Assembly: GCA_937899065.1 (NCBI GenBank)
Contig: CALBPG010000074.1
Span: forward strand, 7,612-71,611
Direction of reading: 5' to 3'
Length of the DNA: 64,000 nucleotides
Source: an uncultured Allomuricauda sp.
GTDB lineage: Bacteria; Bacteroidota; Bacteroidia; Flavobacteriales; Flavobacteriaceae
Part shown: one piece after another, positions 48,122 to 56,610 of the stretch
Numbering within the stretch: the first letter of the stretch is position 1
How the letters are laid out: each line of letters opens with the position of its first letter
Program-made: the position numbers and the translations under genes
The notes under the pieces: generated by a model
Database searches by the model: none
Told to the model about the DNA's origin: nothing
What the model saw: the letters and a program-made list of their open reading frames with translations, nothing else

Positions 48122-49258
48122 ATGAAGTTTGTCCTAGCTCCAGATAAATACAAAGGTTCGCTTTCAGGGGAGGCGTTCTGTGAGGCTGTGGCAGGGGGGC
48201 TGAAAAGGGTTTTTCCTGAGGCTGAAATTCTGAAAAAGCCCTTGGCAGATGGGGGAGATGGGACCTTGGCTGTAATGCAACATTATTTGGCAGCGGAAAC
48301 CATAAAGACCCATGTGCATGACCCTTTGTTTCGCGAAATCACTTCGGGCTACCTTTTTTCTAAAGAAAAGGGCATCGCTTTTATCGAAATGTCAGAAGCT
48401 TCAGGATACAAATTGCTTTTGGAATCGGAACGAAATTGCATGCAAACTACCACTCTGGGTACCGGAGACTTCATTTTGGATGCTTTGGAAAGAGGAGCAA
48501 CTGAAATCATTTTAGGCATTGGTGGGAGCGCAACAAACGATGCCGGCATAGGAATGGCCCATGCGCTGGGCTTTCGTTTTTTGGACGAAACCGGAGAAGC
48601 CTTATCCCCGATAGGCGAAAACCTATCCAAAATAAAAACCATCGACCGAAAGCAGGTTCATCCAAAGTTGAAGCAGCTTACGGTTAAGGTGGCTTGCGAC
48701 GTCAAGAATCCGCTCTACGGAGAACAAGGAGCAGCTCATATTTATGGCCCACAAAAAGGTGCAACGCCAGAAGAGGTACTTCTTTTGGATAAAGGACTAC
48801 GGCATTTTGCTCAGATTGTACAAGAGGAATTCAAACTCGAATTGCAACAGATTCCTGGAGCTGGTGCTGCTGGCGGACTAGGTGCTGGCGCTATTGTTTT
48901 TTTGAATGCGACCTTAACCTCGGGGATTGATTTGGTCATGGAATTGGCCGATTTTGAGAATGCCCTGCAAGATGCCGATTGGGTTATCACCGGAGAGGGG
49001 CAATTCGATGAGCAGACCCTATCCGGTAAAACGATAGCCGGTGTCCTAAAAGTAGCCAAGGAGCGAAATATTCCCGTAGCTGCGCTTTGTGGTTCGGTTG
49101 ATATCAACCTCGATGCTTTAGAAAAAACCGAATTGGATTATGTGACTGCTGTACTAAACAAGGTAGGCTCTTTAGAGACGGCGAAAAAAGACGCATTCAA
49201 GAACCTTGAGCTGGCAGCCTATAATTTTGCCAAGCTTTTGAAAACAAAAGTGATTTAG
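48122..49258 (+). CDS. glxK: Glycerate kinase (GlxK/GarK class I)
   Basis: APDKYKGSL, PLADGGDGT, GIGGSATNDAG, CDVKNPLYG..GPQKGA, GAGAAGG, TGEGQFDEQTLSGK. Confidence 0.92.
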   Translation: MKFVLAPDKYKGSLSGEAFCEAVAGGLKRVFPEAEILKKPLADGGDGTLAVMQHYLAAETIKTHVHDPLFREITSGYLFSKEKGIAFIEMSEASGYKLLLESERNCMQTTTLGTGDFILDALERGATEIILGIGGSATNDAGIGMAHALGFRFLDETGEALSPIGENLSKIKTIDRKQVHPKLKQLTVKVACDVKNPLYGEQGAAHIYGPQKGATPEEVLLLDKGLRHFAQIVQEEFKLELQQIPGAGAAGGLGAGAIVFLNATLTSGIDLVMELADFENALQDADWVITGEGQFDEQTLSGKTIAGVLKVAKERNIPVAALCGSVDINLDALEKTELDYVTAVLNKVGSLETAKKDAFKNLELAAYNFAKLLKTKVI

Positions 49259-49268
49259 ACGCTATCTT

Positions 49269-49868
49269 CTAAGCATAGGTTTGCTTCATTTTAAACACTA
49301 AAGAAGTTTTCACCACCGGCCACTCCGAATTCAAAATAGAGAAAAGGACCGTATCCCGAATATTACCCATTTTGTCAATCCGATGGTTTCGGATGATACC
49401 ATCTTGACGGGCACCCAATCTCAAAATCGCATTTCGAGAAGGAAAATTGAAAAAGTTCGTTTTGAATTCCACAGCTATGGCGTCCAATATTTCAAAAGCA
49501 TGTTGCAGTAACAGGAATTTACATTCGGTATTGACTCCTGTACGCTGTGTACTTTTGGCGTACCAGGTATAGCCGATTTCCACCCTTCGGTTTGGACCAT
49601 CCACACTGCAATAGCGGGTAGAGCCCACAACATTCCCAGTAACTTTCTCAACTACTACAAAAGGCAATGCTTTTCCAGAGGCTTGCTCCGTTAATGCATG
49701 GCTGATGTAAGTAGTTATGTTTTGCGCTGAAGGTACCGAGGTATACCAAATATCCCAAAGCTGTCCATCGGAAGCGGCCTTTATCATATCCGCCGTATGG
49801 GCTTCGGTCATGGGAATCAGTTGTACGAGAGAACCTTCTAAAGTCAGCGGTTGTATCCAGTTTGCCAT
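49269..49868 (-). CDS. RimJ/RimL-like GNAT acetyltransferase, paralog of 44862-45455
   Basis: VGSTRY..EIGYTWY..RTGVNTECKFLLLQHAFE, N.PSRNAI.RLGA. Confidence 0.88.
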   Translation of the reverse strand: MANWIQPLTLEGSLVQLIPMTEAHTADMIKAASDGQLWDIWYTSVPSAQNITTYISHALTEQASGKALPFVVVEKVTGNVVGSTRYCSVDGPNRRVEIGYTWYAKSTQRTGVNTECKFLLLQHAFEILDAIAVEFKTNFFNFPSRNAILRLGARQDGIIRNHRIDKMGNIRDTVLFSILNSEWPVVKTSLVFKMKQTYA

Positions 49869-49959
49869 ACCACATTTTTGTCCTATCAAATATAATTTGA
49901 ATTTGTACGGCGAACGAAAGGGAAGTGTACTTTTGAATCAGAAGCGTAAAAATTACCCT

Positions 49960-50361
49960 ATGAAACAAAATATTGGTTTGATGACTTTGGTCGTATCCGA
50001 TTATGATGACGCCATTGCATTCTACACTCAAAAACTACAGTTTGATTTAGTAGAGGATACACGCTTGTCCGATACGAAACGATGGGTAGTGGTCAAACCT
50101 AAAAATAGTTCGGGCAGTGGGTTGTTGTTAGCGAAGGCAGATGGCGAAAAACAACAAAACCATATCGGAAACCAAACGGGAGGTCGCGTTTTCCTGTTCC
50201 TTCATACCGATGATTTTTGGAGGGATTTCAACAACATGAAAGCTGCCGAAGTCCAATTTTTGGAAGCGCCTAGGGAAGAAGTTTATGGTACCGTTGAGGA
50301 TTTTGAGGATTTGTACGGAAACAAATGGGATCTCTTGGAAATGAAAAACGAAACTTTCTAA
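49960..50361 (+). CDS. VOC/glyoxalase family protein
   Basis: LVVSDYDDAIAFY..LGF, KRWVVV, GNQTGGRVFLFLHTDDF, DLYGNKWDL; ATG at 49960. Confidence 0.9.
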   Translation: MKQNIGLMTLVVSDYDDAIAFYTQKLQFDLVEDTRLSDTKRWVVVKPKNSSGSGLLLAKADGEKQQNHIGNQTGGRVFLFLHTDDFWRDFNNMKAAEVQFLEAPREEVYGTVEDFEDLYGNKWDLLEMKNETF

Positions 50362-51269
50362 AATTCCGAATGAAAGCGTTTTTGATATCCAACTGGGCTT
50401 ATGCCCTTTATGCGTTTGAACATTCGGTTAAAATAGGAACGATTTCGGAACCCGCAGGCTAAAAAGATTTCTGTAAGATTCGTTTCAGGTTGTTTGAGCA
50501 TCTCCACCGCCTTGGCAATCCGTTCTTGGTTGATAAAATCTATAGGCGAAATACCGAACTCATTACGGAACACTTTATAAAAATTACTCTTGCTCATACA
50601 GGCTTTTTCGCTCAAGTCGTCAATGGTCAAGTCCTGGTCTAGATTTTGACGAATGTAATGCACCAAAAAAGCAAAACGTTGTCCACTCTTTAGAGCAGGG
50701 GAGGCTTTTTCATACGTTTTTCGAGCATTGGTTTGGAGTATGCGAACGATAAGTTCGTTGACCATATTGGAAACAAAGAAATCCTTGGAGGGATGATTTT
50801 CGGTGTAGAGATATACTAAACGTTGCAAAATTTGATAAATGCCGGGGTCATTGGTAAAATGAAAATTGTAGTCCATCAAACCCCATTCGTTGTCATCGGA
50901 GCGAGACATTTGTTCGTTCATTACTTCTACTACCTTAAGAATTCGTTCTTCTCCAATTTCCATGGCAAGACATTGCGTAGGATTATCCATTCGTGCTTCG
51001 GGAAAATCAATACACATGATTTCATTGGCCGGAAGTATCAAGGATTCCCCAGGTAGAAAATCAAAAGCCTCCTTGCCTCTCAAATGCATCACTTTTTTCC
51101 CTTGGAACATACTGGCCAAAACAGGTGTTCCAAATTGAAGCTCCACCCGTTCGGCTTTCGCATGGGTTTCAAAAATGTGAAGCGCGGAATCCTTTAACTC
51201 AAATGAAGTTTGGTTTTCTACAAGGTCCACAAGTTTACGAGAGGTATAAAACGAATCTCCAGGCTTCAT
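50358..51269 (-). CDS. AraC family regulator, divergent from aldehyde dehydrogenase
   Basis: MSKSNFYKVFRNEFGISPIDFI..RI..A; CGFRNRSYFNRMFK. Confidence 0.92.
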   Translation of the reverse strand: MKPGDSFYTSRKLVDLVENQTSFELKDSALHIFETHAKAERVELQFGTPVLASMFQGKKVMHLRGKEAFDFLPGESLILPANEIMCIDFPEARMDNPTQCLAMEIGEERILKVVEVMNEQMSRSDDNEWGLMDYNFHFTNDPGIYQILQRLVYLYTENHPSKDFFVSNMVNELIVRILQTNARKTYEKASPALKSGQRFAFLVHYIRQNLDQDLTIDDLSEKACMSKSNFYKVFRNEFGISPIDFINQERIAKAVEMLKQPETNLTEIFLACGFRNRSYFNRMFKRIKGISPVGYQKRFHSEF

Positions 51270-51365
51270 TTTAAGGCATTGTTTAACGAAGTATCAAAAT
51301 ACATACACAGATTTTGACAATACTATCAAAATATAAGGCTTTTTGTGTCAAAAACATAAAATAGT

Positions 51366-51394
51366 ATAGGATTGTTCATAGGATTGATACAATC
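51366..51394. promoter_or_regulatory. Direct repeat ATAGGATTG x2 (12-bp period) overlapping GATTG-ATA-CAATC dyad
   Basis: 51366-51374 and 51378-51386, in the araC/aldehyde dehydrogenase intergenic region. Confidence 0.4.
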
Positions 51395-51475
51395 GTTCAA
51401 AAGGGATGCCAACGAACATATTACCTTGTAGATGAAGGATTTACTGAAAATCTAATCCACATAAAAACGAAAACT

Positions 51476-52999
51476 ATGAGCAATGTAAGCACTACAGAAA
51501 GCAAGGCTTTGGTAAAGCCACAATTCAAAAATCAATATGATAATTATATTGGTGGAAAATGGACAGCTCCAGTTAAGGGACAATATTTCGAAAACATATC
51601 CCCAGTTGACGGAAATAGTTTTACCAAGGTAGCGCGTTCTACCAAAGAAGATATCGACTTGGCCATTGACGCGGCTTGGGCAGCGGCACCAGCTTGGAAC
51701 AATAGTTCTGCAACCGAGCGTAGCAATCTCTTATTGAAGGTTGCAGATGTAATGGAGCAAAACCTTGAGGCATTGGCCCGCGCTGAAACTTGGGATAATG
51801 GAAAAGCCATTCGGGAAACGATGGCAGCAGATTTGCCACTCGCGGTAGACCACTTTAGATACTTTGCTGGCGTTATTCGCGCGGAGGAAGGCAGTGTGAG
51901 TGAGCTTGATGCGAATACCATTAGCATGAACGTGAAAGAACCATTAGGCGTTGTTGGTCAAATCATTCCTTGGAACTTTCCATTATTGATGGCCACTTGG
52001 AAGGTAGCCCCTGCTTTGGCTGCGGGTAACTGCGTGGTGCTGAAACCCGCGGAGCAAACCCCGGGCGGAATCATGATTTTAATGGAATTGATTGAAGGCA
52101 TTCTACCAGCAGGAGTGTTGAATGTAGTGAACGGCTTTGGTATCGAGGCTGGGAAACCTCTGGCTTCAAGCTCGCGAATCAATAAAATTGCCTTTACCGG
52201 GGAGACGACCACCGGACAGTTGATTATGCAATATGCCTCTAAAAACATCATTCCGGTAACCTTGGAATTGGGAGGTAAAAGTCCGAACATCTTTTTCGAA
52301 AGCATCATGGATGCAGATGATGAATTCTTTGACAAATGTTTGGAAGGCGCAGCAATGTTTGCCTTGAACCAAGGCGAAGTGTGTACCTGTCCATCCCGAA
52401 TTTTGATTCAAGAAAGTATTTACGACAAGTTCATCGAGCGCGTAATCGAACGTGTAGAAGCCATTAAACTAGGTCACCCCTTGGACCCAACGACCATGAT
52501 GGGCGCACAAGCATCTAATGACCAATACGAAAAGATTTTGAACTACCTCGCTATCGGTAAAGACGAAGGTTGTGAAGTATTGACGGGGGGAGAAGCGGCC
52601 TATAACGAAGGTTTGGAAGGCGGTTATTACATCCAACCTACCTTATTAAAAGGAAATAACAAGATGCGGGTGTTCCAGGAAGAGATTTTTGGTCCAGTAG
52701 CTTGCGTTACCACTTTTAAAGATGAGGCGGAAGCTTTGGAAATCGCAAATGATACCTTATATGGTTTAGGTGCTGGCGTTTGGACACGGGATACACATCA
52801 AGCCTATCAAATTTCAAGAGCGGTACAAGCGGGACGCGTTTGGGTGAACTGCTATCACTTGTATCCGGCACATGCTCCTTTTGGGGGCTACAAAAAATCT
52901 GGAATTGGTAGAGAAACGCACAAAATGATGCTTAACCACTATCGTCAAACCAAAAACATGTTGATTTCCCACGATAAGAATGCCCTAGGATTCTTCTAA
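51476..52999 (+). CDS. aldB: Aldehyde dehydrogenase (AldB/ExaC-like)
   Basis: [35 protein letters not shown] (Cys), [21 protein letters not shown]. Confidence 0.9.
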   Translation: MSNVSTTESKALVKPQFKNQYDNYIGGKWTAPVKGQYFENISPVDGNSFTKVARSTKEDIDLAIDAAWAAAPAWNNSSATERSNLLLKVADVMEQNLEALARAETWDNGKAIRETMAADLPLAVDHFRYFAGVIRAEEGSVSELDANTISMNVKEPLGVVGQIIPWNFPLLMATWKVAPALAAGNCVVLKPAEQTPGGIMILMELIEGILPAGVLNVVNGFGIEAGKPLASSSRINKIAFTGETTTGQLIMQYASKNIIPVTLELGGKSPNIFFESIMDADDEFFDKCLEGAAMFALNQGEVCTCPSRILIQESIYDKFIERVIERVEAIKLGHPLDPTTMMGAQASNDQYEKILNYLAIGKDEGCEVLTGGEAAYNEGLEGGYYIQPTLLKGNNKMRVFQEEIFGPVACVTTFKDEAEALEIANDTLYGLGAGVWTRDTHQAYQISRAVQAGRVWVNCYHLYPAHAPFGGYKKSGIGRETHKMMLNHYRQTKNMLISHDKNALGFF

Positions 53000-53000
53000 G

Positions 53001-53360
53001 ATGGTACAACGTGTTTTAATAACAAAAGCAGCGGAGCGGGTCGTTCAATCCTTAAAGGAAGAACATGGCCCGCTCATGTTTCATCAAAGTGGGGGTTGTT
53101 GCGATGGTAGTTCTCCCATGTGTTTTCCCAAAGGGGAATTGATGACGAATGATACGGATGTACTGTTGGGTGAAGTCGCTGGTTGCGAATTTTATATGTC
53201 GAAAGACCAGTTTGATTATTGGAAACATACCCAACTGACTATGGATGTGGTTAATGGAAGAGGTTCTAGCTTTTCATTGGAAATTCCGTTGGGATTGCGA
53301 TTTGTGATAAAGTCAAGAATGTTTACTGAAAAGGAATTGGAGGTGTTAAAGACGCATTAG
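53001..53360 (+). CDS. DUF779 family protein
   Basis: MFHQSGGCCDGSSPMC, WKHTQLT.DVV.GRGSSFSLE. Confidence 0.9.
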   Translation: MVQRVLITKAAERVVQSLKEEHGPLMFHQSGGCCDGSSPMCFPKGELMTNDTDVLLGEVAGCEFYMSKDQFDYWKHTQLTMDVVNGRGSSFSLEIPLGLRFVIKSRMFTEKELEVLKTH

Positions 53361-53384
53361 CTAAAATCCAAAACTATCCATAGG

Positions 53385-53699
53385 TTATTTTTCTTCTACT
53401 AAAGCGACGACTTTCTGAACCTTTTCCGAAAATGGGTTCCGATGGAGTTCTAACAATAGCTTTTGCTTTCTTCGGTCGGATAGTTCAAGCGTATCCAGTA
53501 TAGATGATACTTCGGACCGATAGTCGGCGTATTTCTGTTTGAGACTATCTTTTTCCTGAGAAGAAGGGGAGAAGTCTTTTTCGAAAAGAGCCAATTTGGT
53601 TCGGGCTACTTGTTTGCCGTACGTTTCGTGCATAGTGGATTGCGCCCAAAGCGTGCTAAAGGCAAACAGCCCTAAAAGAAAGGGACAAATCTTTTTCAT
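53385..53699 (-). CDS. Small secreted hypothetical protein
   Basis: Signal peptide, 104-aa ORF. Confidence 0.6.
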   Translation of the reverse strand: MKKICPFLLGLFAFSTLWAQSTMHETYGKQVARTKLALFEKDFSPSSQEKDSLKQKYADYRSEVSSILDTLELSDRRKQKLLLELHRNPFSEKVQKVVALVEEK

Positions 53700-53955
53700 T
53701 TCATATAGTGTTCAGGGGTGAAAGTAGTACAAGGGTTGAAGGTGTCCATAAATTCTAGCTGACTGCTATGTTTCATCGATGATTGGAAAAATCATGCAAA
53801 TCTTACGAAGCTAATATCCTCTTACAAGCAATTACATCCGTTTACAAACGCAAGCAAATGATTATGAACCGTTTCGGGAATGCTTGTGAAATTAGGTTTG
53901 CAATCAATCGGGGTGAATTGCCCGGTGAAATCAAATGTAAAATTAAAATAGACGC

Positions 53956-54288
53956 ATGAACGCATTGAAAAACAGAGTGCAGTTGTTGGGAAATTTGGGA
54001 GCAGACCCGGAGATGGTGATTTTGGAGAATGGCAGTAAGTTGGCGAAATTCTCCGTTGCTACTAATGAAACCTATAAGAACCAAGAGGGAGAAAAAGTTA
54101 CCGATACACAATGGCATAACATAGTTGCTTGGGGAAAGCTAGCCGAGATTGCTGAGAATTTTCTGGTAAAGGGAAAAGAGGTTATGATTGAAGGCAAATT
54201 GGTCAATCGAAGTTATGAGACCAAAGAAGGGGCAAAACGTTATGTTACAGAAGTCAAGTGTACGGATTTGTTGATGCTGAGTAAATAA
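53956..54288 (+). CDS. ssb: Single-stranded DNA-binding protein lacking the acidic C-terminal tail
   Basis: NRVQLLGNLGADPE, FSVATNE, TQWHNIVAWGKLAE, IEGKL..R.YE; ends LLMLSK. Confidence 0.9.
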   Translation: MNALKNRVQLLGNLGADPEMVILENGSKLAKFSVATNETYKNQEGEKVTDTQWHNIVAWGKLAEIAENFLVKGKEVMIEGKLVNRSYETKEGAKRYVTEVKCTDLLMLSK

Positions 54289-54310
54289 TTGATGGTAAAC
54301 TTAACGATGA

Positions 54311-54332
54311 AATGGGGGCATTCGCCCCCATT
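54311..54332 (+). terminator. Intrinsic terminator hairpin after ssb
   Basis: AATGGGGGC-ATTC-GCCCCCATT perfect 9-bp stem followed by T-rich tract. Confidence 0.8.
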
Positions 54333-54424
54333 ATTTCTGATTTTCAAGATTTAACGATAAATTAAAAGAATTGGATGTAACGAATATGTAACTTAAGACG
54401 TCCAATAGATAGGATTAGAATATT

Positions 54425-54835
54425 ATGAAAAAGTGGAATGTTTGGTTTGTTTTACTCCTACTGGGAAGTTTGTCCCAGGGTATACAAGCGCAACAATCCC
54501 ACTTTTCTATGAATGGTCCAAAGTTTTATCAAATGTTGGCTGAACGCGATGCGGTATATGAGCGCACATTAGGAAACATGTCAGCCAAAGATGAAACCGA
54601 CTATTGGAAAGACCAGGAAGCTTACGAAAAACTTTTATCAGAGCAACATCCTCAAGCTTATGCTTGGTACATCACTAAAAAGAAAGCAATGTACCAAGAA
54701 CATTACATCGCTTGCGAGGTGTTTTGTGTAAATAGTCTCACATACTGGTCTAAGGTGAAACACTACCTAGAAGTTCCTACCGAAATCAAGTTATTTGAGC
54801 TAAGCCCATCTTTGAGCTTGGTGAGTTCGAAATAA
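54425..54835 (+). CDS. Secreted hypothetical protein
   Basis: Signal peptide; DETDYWKDQ..YE. Confidence 0.65.
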   Translation: MKKWNVWFVLLLLGSLSQGIQAQQSHFSMNGPKFYQMLAERDAVYERTLGNMSAKDETDYWKDQEAYEKLLSEQHPQAYAWYITKKKAMYQEHYIACEVFCVNSLTYWSKVKHYLEVPTEIKLFELSPSLSLVSSK

Positions 54836-54846
54836 TCGGGGGTAGA

Positions 54847-55005
54847 TTAAGCAACCTTTTTGAACAAATCGTAACAGGGACAACGCTTACAGCGTTTGTT
54901 TTCTCCCTTTTTATACTTTTTGCAGCACTTGGTTTTACACTTACCATTGGGCAGCTCTCTTACGGAGCCTTTCAATTTTTTGGAAGCACTTTTCTTTTTG
55001 CCCAT
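54847..55005 (-). CDS. Unannotated 52-aa Lys/Cys-rich protein with C-C-x10-C-x2-C motif
   Basis: Manual translation MGKKKSASKKLKGSVRELPNGKCKTKCCKKYKKGENKRCKRCPCYDLFKKVA*; promoter-like TATCTTTA upstream; below the track length cut-off. Confidence 0.75.
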   Translation of the reverse strand: MGKKKSASKKLKGSVRELPNGKCKTKCCKKYKKGENKRCKRCPCYDLFKKVA

Positions 55006-55034
55006 GGGTTAGATTTGGGCATAAAGATAATTGT

Positions 55035-55050
55035 TTTAAATTAATCTAAA
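55035..55050. promoter_or_regulatory. AT-rich dyad TTTAAATTAATCTAAA, Fur-box-like
   Basis: Near-palindrome between ferritin stop and small ORF promoter; resembles flavobacterial ATTTAGA..TCTAAAT boxes as recalled. Confidence 0.45.
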
Positions 55051-55065
55051 TAAACAAATAGCAGG

Positions 55066-55590
55066 TTACGCTTCACCCATAGTGTCCGATGCAGCACTTT
55101 CAACATTGATTTGTTGCACGTCCCTATCGAACAAATAAAGCCCACCTTTGTCATTTCCGATAAGGATGCTTTTATCCAGAATGGTTCGTGCCAAGGCTTC
55201 TTCTTCAATCTGCTCCGCCACATACCACTGCAAAAAGTTATGGGTTGCATAATCCTTTTCTTCCAAGGTGACATGAACTAAATCGTTGATGCTATTAGAA
55301 ACAAAAAGCTCGTGTTGGTATAGTTCTTCGAACATTTTCTGGAACGAACCAAAATCGGTTTTTGGAGCTTTCAATTGAGAAATCTGAGCATGTCCACCAC
55401 GCTCATTCACATACTTGATAAGTTTAAGCATATGCATACGCTCCTCATCTGAATGACCATACATAAAGCCGGCGATACCTTCAAGACCTTTAACTTCAGC
55501 CCATGATGCCATGGATAAATACACTTGTGAGGATTCAGCCTCTATTTTGATTTGATTATTTAGGGCCTTTTCAAGCTTCTTTGATAACAT
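55066..55590 (-). CDS. ftnA: Non-heme ferritin
   Basis: LNNQIKIEAESSQVYLSMASW, EERMHMLKL, HELFVS, FLQWYVAEQIEEE ferroxidase pattern. Confidence 0.93.
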   Translation of the reverse strand: MLSKKLEKALNNQIKIEAESSQVYLSMASWAEVKGLEGIAGFMYGHSDEERMHMLKLIKYVNERGGHAQISQLKAPKTDFGSFQKMFEELYQHELFVSNSINDLVHVTLEEKDYATHNFLQWYVAEQIEEEALARTILDKSILIGNDKGGLYLFDRDVQQINVESAASDTMGEA

Positions 55591-55629
55591 ACTTCAATTT
55601 TTAACAAAGTTACGAATATTGGTAGGACC

Positions 55630-56532
55630 CTAAAAGTAGACTTCCTGCGCTATTCGAAAGGTGTTGGCATGGGCTTGAATGATGGTTTTGATTTCGGGCG
55701 AGTACCCACCACCCATGCTGCATTGCACTGGTATATTAAGTGCCTTGCATTGATTTAGAACATAGTTATCACGCTGTTTGCACCCCTCTAGAGACATGCC
55801 CAAGGTGCCTAATTTATCGGTTTCCAAAATGTCTACTCCACAGAGGTAAAAAATAAAGTCAGGTTGTACTTGGGCTATCAATTTGGGAAAGGCATTGTGC
55901 AAGAGAGATAGGTATTCAGCGTCAGTAGTACCTTTTTCCAAAGGAATGTCCCAGTCAGATTGCTCTTTTTTGAACGGATAGTTACCCTTTCCGTGCATGG
56001 AAAAGGTAAAAACCGAGGATTGGTTGGCAAAGATTTCTGCAGTACCATTGCCCTGATGTACGTCCAAATCCAAGATAAGAATGCGCTCTGCTAGTGCATT
56101 GTTCAAAAGATAGTTGGCCGCGATGGCTTGATCATTGAGCATACAAAAAGCTTCGCCCCGATTGGTGTAAGCATGATGGGTACCCCCAGCGATGTTCATG
56201 GCAATACCGTGCTCCATCGCAAAATGACATCCTTTAATGGTGCCATCTGCGATAATATGTTCCCGTTCTACCAGAGCCGCGCTTAACGGAAAACCTATTT
56301 TCCGCTGTTCGCTGGGTTTTAGCGTAAGTTGGGTAAGGTTTTGATAATAGCCTTTATCGTGGGTATTCAGAATGTCCTGAATATTGGGATATTCTGGTTC
56401 AAAGAAATTAACCGGTTCACAAGTCCCTTCGTGTAGGAGCTGCTTGGGTAGCAAATCATATTTTTCCATGGGAAACCGGTGCCCTTCAGGTAGGGGATGA
56501 CGGTAAATGGGATGATAGGCTATTTTGAGCAA
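55630..56532 (-). CDS. Histone deacetylase family protein
   Basis: HRFPMEKY, AGGTHHA, GEAFCMLND, DLDVHQGNGT, GVD..D.LG, GGGY; TTG start. Confidence 0.92.
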   Translation of the reverse strand: MLKIAYHPIYRHPLPEGHRFPMEKYDLLPKQLLHEGTCEPVNFFEPEYPNIQDILNTHDKGYYQNLTQLTLKPSEQRKIGFPLSAALVEREHIIADGTIKGCHFAMEHGIAMNIAGGTHHAYTNRGEAFCMLNDQAIAANYLLNNALAERILILDLDVHQGNGTAEIFANQSSVFTFSMHGKGNYPFKKEQSDWDIPLEKGTTDAEYLSLLHNAFPKLIAQVQPDFIFYLCGVDILETDKLGTLGMSLEGCKQRDNYVLNQCKALNIPVQCSMGGGYSPEIKTIIQAHANTFRIAQEVYF

Positions 56533-56573
56533 ATTACAACAACTGATTTAAAATCTACTATGCCGTTTTTCGA

Positions 56574-56597
56574 GTCAGGTCGAGCGCAGTCGAGACC
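56574..56597. repeat. REP-like imperfect palindrome GTCAGGTCGAGCGCAGTCGAGACC
   Basis: GC-rich hairpin in AT-rich intergenic DNA; resembles a dispersed flavobacterial repeat as recalled; only one copy seen here. Confidence 0.5.
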
Positions 56598-56610
56598 CAA
56601 AGAATTCTGA

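Noticed and set aside
49717-49959. N-terminal extension of the VOC protein
   Set aside because: Antisense overlap with the GNAT gene; the family starts at MKQNIG (49960)
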